Positions 10,001 to 18,288 of a DNA stretch of 64,000 bases are shown piece by piece. The stretch covers positions 1,216,001 through 1,280,000 of the forward strand of contig CAWEEQ010000004.1 of NCBI GenBank assembly GCA_963808235.1, in the 5' to 3' direction. Within the stretch, counting starts at the first letter, position 1. Each line of letters begins with the position of its first letter. Made by a program: the position numbers and the translations under genes. The notes beneath the pieces were generated by a model that ran no database searches, was not told the origin of the DNA, and saw nothing but the letters and a program-made list of their open reading frames with translations. The DNA comes from an uncultured delta proteobacterium (GTDB lineage Bacteria > Desulfobacterota > Binatia > Binatales > Binataceae).

Positions 10001-10868
10001 GGCTCCTCTCTGATTTTTCCGCGTCGTCACTGCCGCGCGTGAGAAAAGTTTTAACGCGATGGTCGGTGGAATGGGCGAGCAGCTCCTTGGGGTCGCCGTT
10101 CGCGATCATCGTCCGGCTCTCCGCGTCGAGAAAGACGCTGTTGTTGCCGATTGCAAAGATGCTGGCCAGTTCGTGCGTCACCACGACGATCGTGGCGCCG
10201 AGATTGTCGCGCAGCTCCAGGATCAGGTCGTCGAGCAGGCGCGAGCTGATTGGATCGAGTCCAGCGGATGGCTCGTCGAAAAAAAGGATTTCGGGATCAA
10301 GCGCAATTGCGCGCGCGAGTCCGGCCCGTTTCTGCATCCCGCCGCTTATCTGGCTCGGATAGTAGCCCTCGAAACCCTTGAGTCCGACCAGCGCGAGTTT
10401 CAGCGCGCTGACTTCCTTGATTTCCGCGGCAGAGAGATCGCTGAACTCGCCGAGCGGCAGCCCGACGTTCTCCGCCAGCGTCATCGAGCTCCACAGCGCA
10501 CCGCTCTGGTAGAGTACCCCGAACTTCCGCAGCATCGCTTCGCGCTCGTCCGGCTCGGCCTTGGTGAAATTGAAATCGCCATAGAGCACTTCGCCTGTGG
10601 CCGGCTCGATCAGACCGAGCATATGGCGCAGCAAGGTGCTCTTACCGCTTCCGCTCCCGCCCATGATTATAAAGATGTCGCCATGGTTCACGACGAAGTT
10701 CAGGTCGTGCATCAGAATGAAATTTCCGAACGCCATCGTCAGGTTCTTCACCGTGATTGGCGGAGGTCCATCTTTGGATGAAATTCGCGCGCCGGACAGC
10801 CCGCCAGATGGCGCCGGCTTGGCATTCGGAGTCCTGGCGCGCGGAGTGGGATTTGTGGTTGCAGCCAT
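9993..10868 (-). CDS. MlaF-type ABC transporter ATP-binding protein
   Basis: Walker A GGSGSGKST, signature ISGGMQKRAGLARA, Walker B FFDEPSAGLDP, VVVTHEL. Confidence 0.92.
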   Translation of the reverse strand: MAATTNPTPRARTPNAKPAPSGGLSGARISSKDGPPPITVKNLTMAFGNFILMHDLNFVVNHGDIFIIMGGSGSGKSTLLRHMLGLIEPATGEVLYGDFNFTKAEPDEREAMLRKFGVLYQSGALWSSMTLAENVGLPLGEFSDLSAAEIKEVSALKLALVGLKGFEGYYPSQISGGMQKRAGLARAIALDPEILFFDEPSAGLDPISSRLLDDLILELRDNLGATIVVVTHELASIFAIGNNSVFLDAESRTMIANGDPKELLAHSTDHRVKTFLTRGSDDAEKSERSHG

Positions 10869-10906
10869 TTCAGAATTGATTATCGAGTTAGTCCTGATCG
10901 GTTCGC

Positions 10907-12058
10907 TTAAATTCCGAGTACATTGAATACGAAGGCGAATATTCCGCACGCGACGATCACATATACGATGCCGGTCACCACCGCTTCGGTTGCCGCGTCG
11001 CCGACTGCTGACGAGCTGTCACCGCACTGGAAACCGCGCAGGCATCCCGCCACCGCGATTATCACCGCATAGACGGCGGACTTGAACACGCCCCCGAAGA
11101 TCATGGTGAGCGTAATCGCAGCCTTCGTCTCTCTTAAGTAGGTCTGCAGATGGATATTGAGCATCAGCGCACTGACGAACGCGCCGCCAAGAATTCCGAG
11201 GCAATCCGCGTAGAGGCAGAGCAGCGGAATCATCAGGAAGAGCGCGGTCACCCGGGGCAGCACCAGGAACTCGAGCGGCGAGATACCCATGGTAGTCAGC
11301 GCGTCGATCTCCTGCGTCACTTTCATCGAGCCGAGCTGAGCGGCAAAGGCGGCGCCGGTGCGTCCCGCCATGATGATCGCGGTCATCATCGCGCCCATAT
11401 CGCGGGTCGTCGCGATTCCGACCAGGTCCGCGACGAAGATGGTCGCGCCAAATTGCTGGAGCTGCACCGCACCCATGAACGCGAGAATCACCCCGAACAA
11501 GAAGGTGACCATGGAGACGATGCCCAACGCATCGACGCCGCAATCCTGGAGCACGATCATGAGGTCGACTTTTCGGAAACGCGCTCTGCCGATCGCGAGA
11601 TTTTTGAACGCTATTACTACTTCACCGAAAAAGCGCAGAAAATCATTCAGTCCGTGGGCATAGTTGATTGTCGCCTGGCCGAGTTCCCCGAGTAACGACG
11701 AATGCGTCACTTCGGCGCGTGCCCCGGATTTTTCCGGGACCGCCTCCGCCAGTTGGATCAACCTGCGAACGCCCTCCGGGAGCGGGCTCCAGTCGGCGGT
11801 AAGTTTTCGCTTGTGGCAAACGTCGCTGACGCCCGCCAGGAAGGTGAGCAGGCCGCTGTCCCACTCGCCCAGGTCGCGAGCGTCAAACGTCAGCCCGGTT
11901 GGCTTCGGCGCGGTGTCGAGCTGCTTTTCAACCGTCGCCGCGGTGGGAAGCCCGTGGCGCAAATGCCAATCGCCGGCCAGTTGCACGACCAACGTTGTGT
12001 TATCGGCGCGCGCAAACGAAAGTTCGCCCGATTTTTCGGATTGTTCCTGCGCCTGCAT
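10907..12058 (-). CDS. MlaE-type ABC permease with N-terminal STAS-like domain
   Basis: EWDSGL STAS-like region; AIIMAGRTGAAFAAQLGSMKVTQEIDAL, LVLPRV, VGDAATEAVV. Confidence 0.9.
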   Translation of the reverse strand: MQAQEQSEKSGELSFARADNTTLVVQLAGDWHLRHGLPTAATVEKQLDTAPKPTGLTFDARDLGEWDSGLLTFLAGVSDVCHKRKLTADWSPLPEGVRRLIQLAEAVPEKSGARAEVTHSSLLGELGQATINYAHGLNDFLRFFGEVVIAFKNLAIGRARFRKVDLMIVLQDCGVDALGIVSMVTFLFGVILAFMGAVQLQQFGATIFVADLVGIATTRDMGAMMTAIIMAGRTGAAFAAQLGSMKVTQEIDALTTMGISPLEFLVLPRVTALFLMIPLLCLYADCLGILGGAFVSALMLNIHLQTYLRETKAAITLTMIFGGVFKSAVYAVIIAVAGCLRGFQCGDSSSAVGDAATEAVVTGIVYVIVACGIFAFVFNVLGI

Positions 12059-12129
12059 CCGTGCGGCTCAATAGAGCACGCTGACAAAAGGTAGCACAAT
12101 TCATCGCCTTTCGATGGTACGATGAACCT

Positions 12130-13131
12130 ATGAAAGCGATGGCGGTCGAGAAGCCTGCGCCGATCGAGTCGGAGCCTGTCCGCGCGATCGAAACCGAACT
12201 GCCGGAGCCGGGTGCCGGCGAGATTCGCGTCCGAGTCCGTACTTGCGGCGTATGCCGGACCGATCTTCACGTCGCCGAAGGTGACCTGCCGCCGCACTCC
12301 GCACGCATCATCCCGGGTCACGAAGTCGTCGGCGTGGTTGAACGTCGTGGCGCAGGCGCGACGCGCTTTAACGACGGCGCTCGGGTCGGGATCGCATGGC
12401 TTCGCGAGACCTGCGGAACTTGCATCTATTGCTCGCGCGGGCGCGAGAATCTCTGCCCCAACGCGCGTTTCACCGGCTACGACCACGACGGCGGCTACGC
12501 AGAGTACGCCGTTGTGCGCGACGATTTCGCGTACGCGATTCCGGATACGCTGGGCGACGAAGAAGCGGCGCCGCTGCTATGCGCGGGAATAATCGGATTT
12601 CGCGCAATCAAGCGAGCGGATATAAAGCCCGGCGCAACGGTTGGCCTGTACGGATTCGGCGGCTCGGCGCATCTTGCGATCCAGGTGCTGCGGCATTGGG
12701 GATGCCGCGTATTCGTGATGAGCAGAGGAGGGGTGCATCGCGACCTCGCAAGCGATCTCGGCGCGGAATGGATTGGCGATGCGGAGGATCGGCCGCCGGC
12801 GCCGCTCGATGCCGCAATACTGTTTGCGCCTGCCGGAAACCTGGTGCCGAGGGCTCTGGAAGCGCTCGATCGCGGCGGGATTCTCGCGGTCGCGGGAATC
12901 TACCTGAGTCCGATTCCGGTGCTCGAATACGAAAAACATCTCTTCTACGAAAAAGAACTCCGCAGTGTGACCGCCAATACGCGCGCAGACGGCGAGGAGT
13001 TTCTGAAGATCGCCGGCGAGATCGGGATGCGGACGCATACGGTAGCGTTCGGACTTGGCGAGGCCAACGTGGCGCTCAAGATGCTCAAGCACGACGAGAT
13101 CAAAGGCGCCGCCGTCTTAAGAGTTTCGTAA
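12130..13131 (+). CDS. zinc-dependent alcohol dehydrogenase family protein
   Basis: CGVCRTDLH, GHEVVG, CGTCIYC...ENLC structural Zn, APLLCAG, GLYGFGGSA. Confidence 0.92.
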   Translation: MKAMAVEKPAPIESEPVRAIETELPEPGAGEIRVRVRTCGVCRTDLHVAEGDLPPHSARIIPGHEVVGVVERRGAGATRFNDGARVGIAWLRETCGTCIYCSRGRENLCPNARFTGYDHDGGYAEYAVVRDDFAYAIPDTLGDEEAAPLLCAGIIGFRAIKRADIKPGATVGLYGFGGSAHLAIQVLRHWGCRVFVMSRGGVHRDLASDLGAEWIGDAEDRPPAPLDAAILFAPAGNLVPRALEALDRGGILAVAGIYLSPIPVLEYEKHLFYEKELRSVTANTRADGEEFLKIAGEIGMRTHTVAFGLGEANVALKMLKHDEIKGAAVLRVS

Positions 13132-13256
13132 ACGCCGTGCAAGTTCTGCTTCATTCGCGAGACGCGCTCTATTAGCGTTCGTTGACCCGTCGACAGATTG
13201 CTTGATACCTTTGCAGTCGTAGTATCGGAACGAAGATCACGGCGCCAGAGGCATCC

Positions 13257-13793
13257 ATGGCACAAATCATACAGCCGCGCGAAACGTCGAAGGGCGAAGA
13301 GATTCTGCTCGGCGACACCGCGGTGCTGACGCGGCTCGATAAGGCTATCGGATGGGCGCGCAAGTTCTCGATTTTCCCGTATCCATTCGCCACCGCATGC
13401 TGCGCGATGGAATATATGTCGCTAGCGTCCACGCCCTACGACATCGATCGATTCGGCGCGCTGCTGCCGCGCTTCACTCCGCGCCAGGCCGACCTGCTGA
13501 TGGTGGTCGGAACGGTTACTGTGCGCCAGGGCCCGATTCTGAAACGCGTGTACGATCAGATGTGCGAGCCGAAGTGGGTGATGGCGTTTGGCGCATGCGC
13601 TTCGACCGGCGGATTCTACGATAACTATGCGACGCTGCCCGGAATCGACAAGATCATCCCGGTTGATGTGTACGTTCCAGGATGTCCTCCGCGGCCGGAG
13701 GGCGTGCTCGACGCGTTGATGGCGCTGCAGCGGAAGATCCAGGGGCAGAAGCAGAAGCTGATGGCGCTCGGCGAAAAACATCGCGCGGCCTGA
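13257..13793 (+). CDS. nuoB: NADH-quinone oxidoreductase subunit B
   Basis: TACCAME tandem Cys, PRQADL, GACASTGG, PVDVYVPGCPPRPE (N2 cluster ligands). Confidence 0.93.
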   Translation: MAQIIQPRETSKGEEILLGDTAVLTRLDKAIGWARKFSIFPYPFATACCAMEYMSLASTPYDIDRFGALLPRFTPRQADLLMVVGTVTVRQGPILKRVYDQMCEPKWVMAFGACASTGGFYDNYATLPGIDKIIPVDVYVPGCPPRPEGVLDALMALQRKIQGQKQKLMALGEKHRAA

Positions 13794-13823
13794 ACGACTC
13801 AAGCGAACTTCGCGGGATCTCTG

Positions 13824-15113
13824 ATGGAACGCATACTGACTCGCTGGTTGGATATCCCTGACCTTCGCAAGCTCGAGGTCTACGTCGGCAACGGCGGATA
13901 CAAGGCGCTGCGCAAGGCGTTGTTCGATCTCTCGCCCGAAGCGATTATCAACGAGGTTAAGAACTCGAACCTGCGCGGACGCGGCGGCGCCGCATTTGCA
14001 ACCGGCGTGAAGTGGAGCTTCATCCCCAAGGAATCGAAGAAGCCGGTCTACTTGTGCTGCAACGCTGATGAGAGCGAGCCGGGCACGTTTGCGAATCGCT
14101 ACGAAATCGAGAACGACCCGCACGGCATCCTCGAGGGAATCGGGATCGCGTGCCGGGCAGTCGGCTCGCACATCGCATATGTCTATCTGCGCGGCGAGTT
14201 CACGACGCAAAAGAGAATCCTCGACGCTGCGATCGCGGAAGCTTACGCCAACAATTATCTCGGCAAGAATATCCTCGGCTCCGGCTTCGACCTCGAGGTT
14301 TATACGCATCGCGGCGCCGGCGCATATATCTGTGGCGAGGAGACGGGTCTGCTCGAATCGCTCGAGGGCAGACGCGCGTATCCGCGCAACCGTCCGCCAT
14401 TTCCCGCCATCCAGGGCGCGTTCGGATCGCCGACCGTCGTCAACAATGTCGAGACCCTGTGCAACGTCCCGCACATCATCAACCGCGGCGCTGATTGGTA
14501 TAAGTCGATCGGACCCGAGAAAAGTCCGGGGCCCAAGCTTTTCTGCCTGTCCGGTCACGTGAACAAGCCGGGACTCTACGAACTGCCTATGGGCTTTCCG
14601 CTGAAGGATCTGATCTACGATGTCGGCGGCGGCATCCTCGACGGCAAGGCGCTCAAGGGCGTGATTCCCGGCGGTTCGTCATTTCCGATCTTCACCGCCG
14701 AAGAGGCGGTCAAGGTCAACATGGATTTCGACTCGGTCCGCGCCGCTGGCTCGTTGATGGGCACCGCGGGCGTGATGGTGATGCACGAGGACACCTGCAT
14801 GGTCGACGCGCTCAAGACCATCGCGCACTTCTACCATCACGAATCATGCGGACAGTGCACGCCGTGCCGCGAAGGATGCGGCTGGATCGAAAAGTTGCTC
14901 ATCGAGCTGGAAGCGGGGCGCGGCAAGATCGAGGATCTCAAGGTGCTCATCAACGTCGCGGTCAACATGGAAGGCAACACGATCTGCGTGCTCGCCGACA
15001 GCCTCTCGATGCCGGTAAAAAGCTTCGTGCCGAAGTATCGCGACGAATTCGAAGCTCACATCAAGCTCGGACGATGCCCGTTCAAACCGGCTTCCGCGCA
15101 GCAGGCTGCGTGA
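13824..15113 (+). CDS. nuoF: NADH-quinone oxidoreductase subunit F
   Basis: LRGRGGA, NADESEPG, GAGAYICGEETGL, ESCGQCTPCREG, TIC. Confidence 0.95.
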   Translation: MERILTRWLDIPDLRKLEVYVGNGGYKALRKALFDLSPEAIINEVKNSNLRGRGGAAFATGVKWSFIPKESKKPVYLCCNADESEPGTFANRYEIENDPHGILEGIGIACRAVGSHIAYVYLRGEFTTQKRILDAAIAEAYANNYLGKNILGSGFDLEVYTHRGAGAYICGEETGLLESLEGRRAYPRNRPPFPAIQGAFGSPTVVNNVETLCNVPHIINRGADWYKSIGPEKSPGPKLFCLSGHVNKPGLYELPMGFPLKDLIYDVGGGILDGKALKGVIPGGSSFPIFTAEEAVKVNMDFDSVRAAGSLMGTAGVMVMHEDTCMVDALKTIAHFYHHESCGQCTPCREGCGWIEKLLIELEAGRGKIEDLKVLINVAVNMEGNTICVLADSLSMPVKSFVPKYRDEFEAHIKLGRCPFKPASAQQAA

Positions 15114-15126
15114 GTGAAATAGTCAG

Positions 15127-16710
15127 ATGCCCAAGCTCACCATTGACGGCAAGGAAGTTGAGGCTGGCGCGAACCTGAATCTGATCCAGGCGGCCGAGCT
15201 GGTCGACGTCGAGATTCCGCACTACTGCTTTCATCCCGGGCTCACGGTCCCCGGCAACTGCCGGATGTGCCTGGTCGAAGTGGAGAAGGCGCCCAAGCTT
15301 CAAATCGCGTGCAACACGCGGGTTGCCGAGGGGATGGTCGTGCAAACGAAGAGCGCCAAGGCCATCGCCGCGCAAAAGGCGGTGCTCGAGTTCCTGCTGA
15401 TCAATCATCCGATCGATTGCCCGGTTTGCGACCAGGCCGGCGAATGCAAGCTGCAAGACTACTACATGGATTACGATCAGCAGCCGTCGCGCTTTCCGCT
15501 CTCCGAGAAGAATCACAAGGGCAAGGCGATCGATATCGGCTCCGACGTGATGCTCGATCAGGAACGATGCATCCTCTGTGCGCGATGCACGAGGTTCTTC
15601 GACGAGATTACCAAGACCAGCGAGCTCGCGATTTTCGAGCGCGCCGACCACAACCGCATCGATATCAACCCGGGCCATCCGGTGAACAACAAGTACGCGG
15701 GCAACGTCGTGGACATTTGCCCGGTTGGCGCGCTGACGGAAAAGGAATTCCGCTTTCGGATGCGCGTCTGGTACCTGCATCGCACCGCGTCGGTGTGCGG
15801 CGAATGCGAGCGCGGATGCTCGATCGATATCTATCATCAGCGCGGGCGCATCTATCGCTTCAAACCGCGCTTCAATCCCAACGTCAACAGCTACTGGATG
15901 TGCGACGAGGGACGGCACAGCTTCCCCGCGCTGCAGAGCGAGCGGCGCCTGACCTCGCCGCTGGTGCAGGCAAAGGACGAGCTGGTCATCGAAAACTGGG
16001 ACGACGCGGTGAAGCGTGCGGCGTTGACGATTGCCGAACTCAAGCGCAAGCACGGACCGAAATCGATTGGCGCGGTGATCGACGCGCACTCGACCAACGA
16101 AGAAGCGTTCGCGCTGAAACAGTTGATGAAGTCGGCGATCGGATCGGATCGAATCGCGACGCTCAGCTACTCGCCGCCGCGCGCCAGCGGCGATGACGAG
16201 CTGCTGATTCGCGCCAACAAGAATCCCAACACGCGCGGACTTGCGGCGCTCGGGTTGTCGGCGGACGGAATCGATTCGATGGCCGGCGCAGTCGCGTCGG
16301 GCGAACTCAAGATGCTCATCACGATGCGCGCGGATGTTGTCGCGGCGCTCGGCGAAGAGGAGTTCGTCAAGCGCTTCGGCGCGCTCGACTACATGCTGGT
16401 GCTTTCGACCGACGCGAACGAGACCTGCCAGATGGCGAACCAGGTGTGGCCGATTGCGGCCTATCCCGAGATCACCGGCACCTTCACCAACTTCAAGGGC
16501 CGCGTGCAGCGAATCAACGGAGCGTTCCCGCCGCCCGGAAACGCAATCGAAGCGCTCGACGCGCTCGCGCGCCTGGGCCACGCGCTGGACGGCGTCGAGC
16601 GCCCCAAAGCGCCGGAAGCGGTGTTCGCGGAGTTGGCGCAATCAGAGCCTGCCTTCAAAGGCCTCACCCTCGACGGCATCGGCGCGTTCGGCGCCGACCT
16701 CGCGACGTAG
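15127..16710 (+). CDS. nuoG: NADH-quinone oxidoreductase subunit G (short form)
   Basis: IPHYC...GNCRMCLVE...AC, NHPIDCPVCDQAGECKLQ, RCILCARC, DICPVGAL, CGECERGC...MCDEGR. Confidence 0.9.
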   Translation: MPKLTIDGKEVEAGANLNLIQAAELVDVEIPHYCFHPGLTVPGNCRMCLVEVEKAPKLQIACNTRVAEGMVVQTKSAKAIAAQKAVLEFLLINHPIDCPVCDQAGECKLQDYYMDYDQQPSRFPLSEKNHKGKAIDIGSDVMLDQERCILCARCTRFFDEITKTSELAIFERADHNRIDINPGHPVNNKYAGNVVDICPVGALTEKEFRFRMRVWYLHRTASVCGECERGCSIDIYHQRGRIYRFKPRFNPNVNSYWMCDEGRHSFPALQSERRLTSPLVQAKDELVIENWDDAVKRAALTIAELKRKHGPKSIGAVIDAHSTNEEAFALKQLMKSAIGSDRIATLSYSPPRASGDDELLIRANKNPNTRGLAALGLSADGIDSMAGAVASGELKMLITMRADVVAALGEEEFVKRFGALDYMLVLSTDANETCQMANQVWPIAAYPEITGTFTNFKGRVQRINGAFPPPGNAIEALDALARLGHALDGVERPKAPEAVFAELAQSEPAFKGLTLDGIGAFGADLAT

Positions 16711-16835
16711 TCCCGAAACGGTCGTTTTTGGGTCGAAATTGGGCTGCCGTCGCTTGCCAACGCGATAAAACGGGCGAATTCTCTTGATTTTTGGCTTGCC
16801 ACTTCGCGATGGTTAGCGAGTGGTGACTGGCGGCC

Positions 16836-17003
16836 TCGGTCGCTGTTTCGCCGGCATTTCCCTTTTTCCTGGCCTTGGACAACGTCGGTCTCCCACACCC
16901 TCTTCCTCTCTCACTTCTCCACTATTGACTCGGTCATACAAGGACGACGGGTCGAGGGATAAAAACAAGAGAAAGGAAATCACGAACCACAGAAACCGAC
17001 CGA
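16836..17003 (+). ncRNA. candidate rod-like structured RNA with C/U-rich loop (unassigned)
   Basis: Nested complementary blocks found by eye: TCGGTCG/CGACCGA, CTGT/ACAG, TTCG/CGAA, ATTTCC/GGAAAT, TTTTTC/GAGAAA, CCTTGGAC/GTCGAGGG, CGTCG/CGACG; lies between convergent genes. Ends and strand are inferred. Confidence 0.45.
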
Positions 17004-17024
17004 AACGTCTTGGAGATCGGGCGC

Positions 17025-17822
17025 TCAGCCGGCGTGGCAGTTGAAGCGGAAGGTTGATTTGCCGGAGCGGAGTTGGGCGATTCGGGTTTTTATTTTTGGC
17101 GTGATCGGCAGGTCGGGGAATGCATTGACGAAAGTCTGTAATCCGGCTGCTGTTTTCTTTGCGTCTTCGCACGAGCAGATTCCTGAGCGCAGTTCCGTCT
17201 CGATACTGTCGATCTCGCCCTGCGCTTCGGGCGCGTAGTCGTCTGGATATGTGGTTCGGAAGGTGAGCCATCGGCGATAGAGATCGGTCAGCAGCTTTCC
17301 ATCGAACAGCGTGCATCCCGCCTCGTCGGTATGCTGCCGGATGTAGACGGGGAACTCTCCGTTGGCGTCGGGCTCGGTACGTTCATAGGCATCGAAAAAC
17401 GCGCGATCCGCCTTGGTGCCGCTCTTGCGCGCGAGAGCCTTGAAATACGCGACGCTCGGTCGAACGAAGATCGCCTCGTGCCGCGCGACCACGAATCCCT
17501 GCATCTGATGTTGTACATTCTGAAACTGCGCTTCGGTGAGATCGGGCAGCACGGCTTGAATTGACGGCGAGGCCTGCATCCCGGCCTCAAAGACCGGCTC
17601 GATAGGTTGCTTACCGTTGGACTTGAGCAGGTCGTCGAGGGCTTGCGCGTAGCTGGCGACAGCCGGCGGGATTTCGATGGCGGCATAGGCCGGCGCCGGC
17701 GCGAGCGAACCGAATGCCGCCATGATCGCGAAGCATGCAAAGATGATTGCGCAGGACGCCGCATCCCGGAAGCATCGGATCGTGCTGGCGGCAGTTGAGC
17801 GCTGGATCAGTTCGATTGCCAT
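17025..17822 (-). CDS. hypothetical secreted protein
   Basis: Hydrophobic signal ending APAYA-A; soluble helical body with four Cys; start uncertain (ORF extends to 17918). Confidence 0.65.
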   Translation of the reverse strand: MAIELIQRSTAASTIRCFRDAASCAIIFACFAIMAAFGSLAPAPAYAAIEIPPAVASYAQALDDLLKSNGKQPIEPVFEAGMQASPSIQAVLPDLTEAQFQNVQHQMQGFVVARHEAIFVRPSVAYFKALARKSGTKADRAFFDAYERTEPDANGEFPVYIRQHTDEAGCTLFDGKLLTDLYRRWLTFRTTYPDDYAPEAQGEIDSIETELRSGICSCEDAKKTAAGLQTFVNAFPDLPITPKIKTRIAQLRSGKSTFRFNCHAG

Positions 17823-17973
17823 CGGCAAGGACCGCTTCACGACTTCAAAACCGGTGCCGGCTTCGCTGGCGCGAAGCTGTCCGGAAGCCAGAAGCCAGCT
17901 CCCGCGCGCGTCGCGCACTTCGGTCAGGAGCGACCCGTCGCGCGCCAGTATAGAACCGCGCCGAGCGCGACGG

Positions 17974-18288
17974 CTAGTCGTCGGAGGGTTGAAACACTAC
18001 TTCGACGTGATCGATGTAGTTGAGCAACTGGCGCGCGATGGTGGCGGCCGCGCTGTCGTCGCGGGTAGCCGCCGCTACTTCGAGCGAGCGTCCGAGCTCG
18101 GTCATGTTGTCGAATCCGTAGCTTCCGCCTTCACCCTTGATCCGATGCGCGATGCGCCCGATTTGTGCGAAGTCGTGCTGCGTAATCGCCTCGAGAATCG
18201 CGTTTATGTCCGCGCGCTTGCGCATGAGAAACCCTGGAATCAGGTCGCTGAGACTTTCATCCACTGACACTATTACTCGGTCCTGCAT
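17974..18288 (-). CDS. Hpt (histidine phosphotransfer) domain protein
   Basis: IAHRIKGEGGSYGF H-box; overlaps the end of the hybrid kinase gene. Confidence 0.9.
   Translation of the reverse strand: MQDRVIVSVDESLSDLIPGFLMRKRADINAILEAITQHDFAQIGRIAHRIKGEGGSYGFDNMTELGRSLEVAAATRDDSAAATIARQLLNYIDHVEVVFQPSDD

Noticed and set aside
16791-16807. Possible sigma54 promoter TTGGCTTGCCACTTCGC
   Set aside because: Spacing is GG-N11-GC rather than the required N10.
16820-17044. 74-aa plus-strand ORF across the candidate RNA
   Set aside because: Composition simply mirrors the pyrimidine and purine tracts, no clear RBS, and it overlaps the end of the convergent gene.
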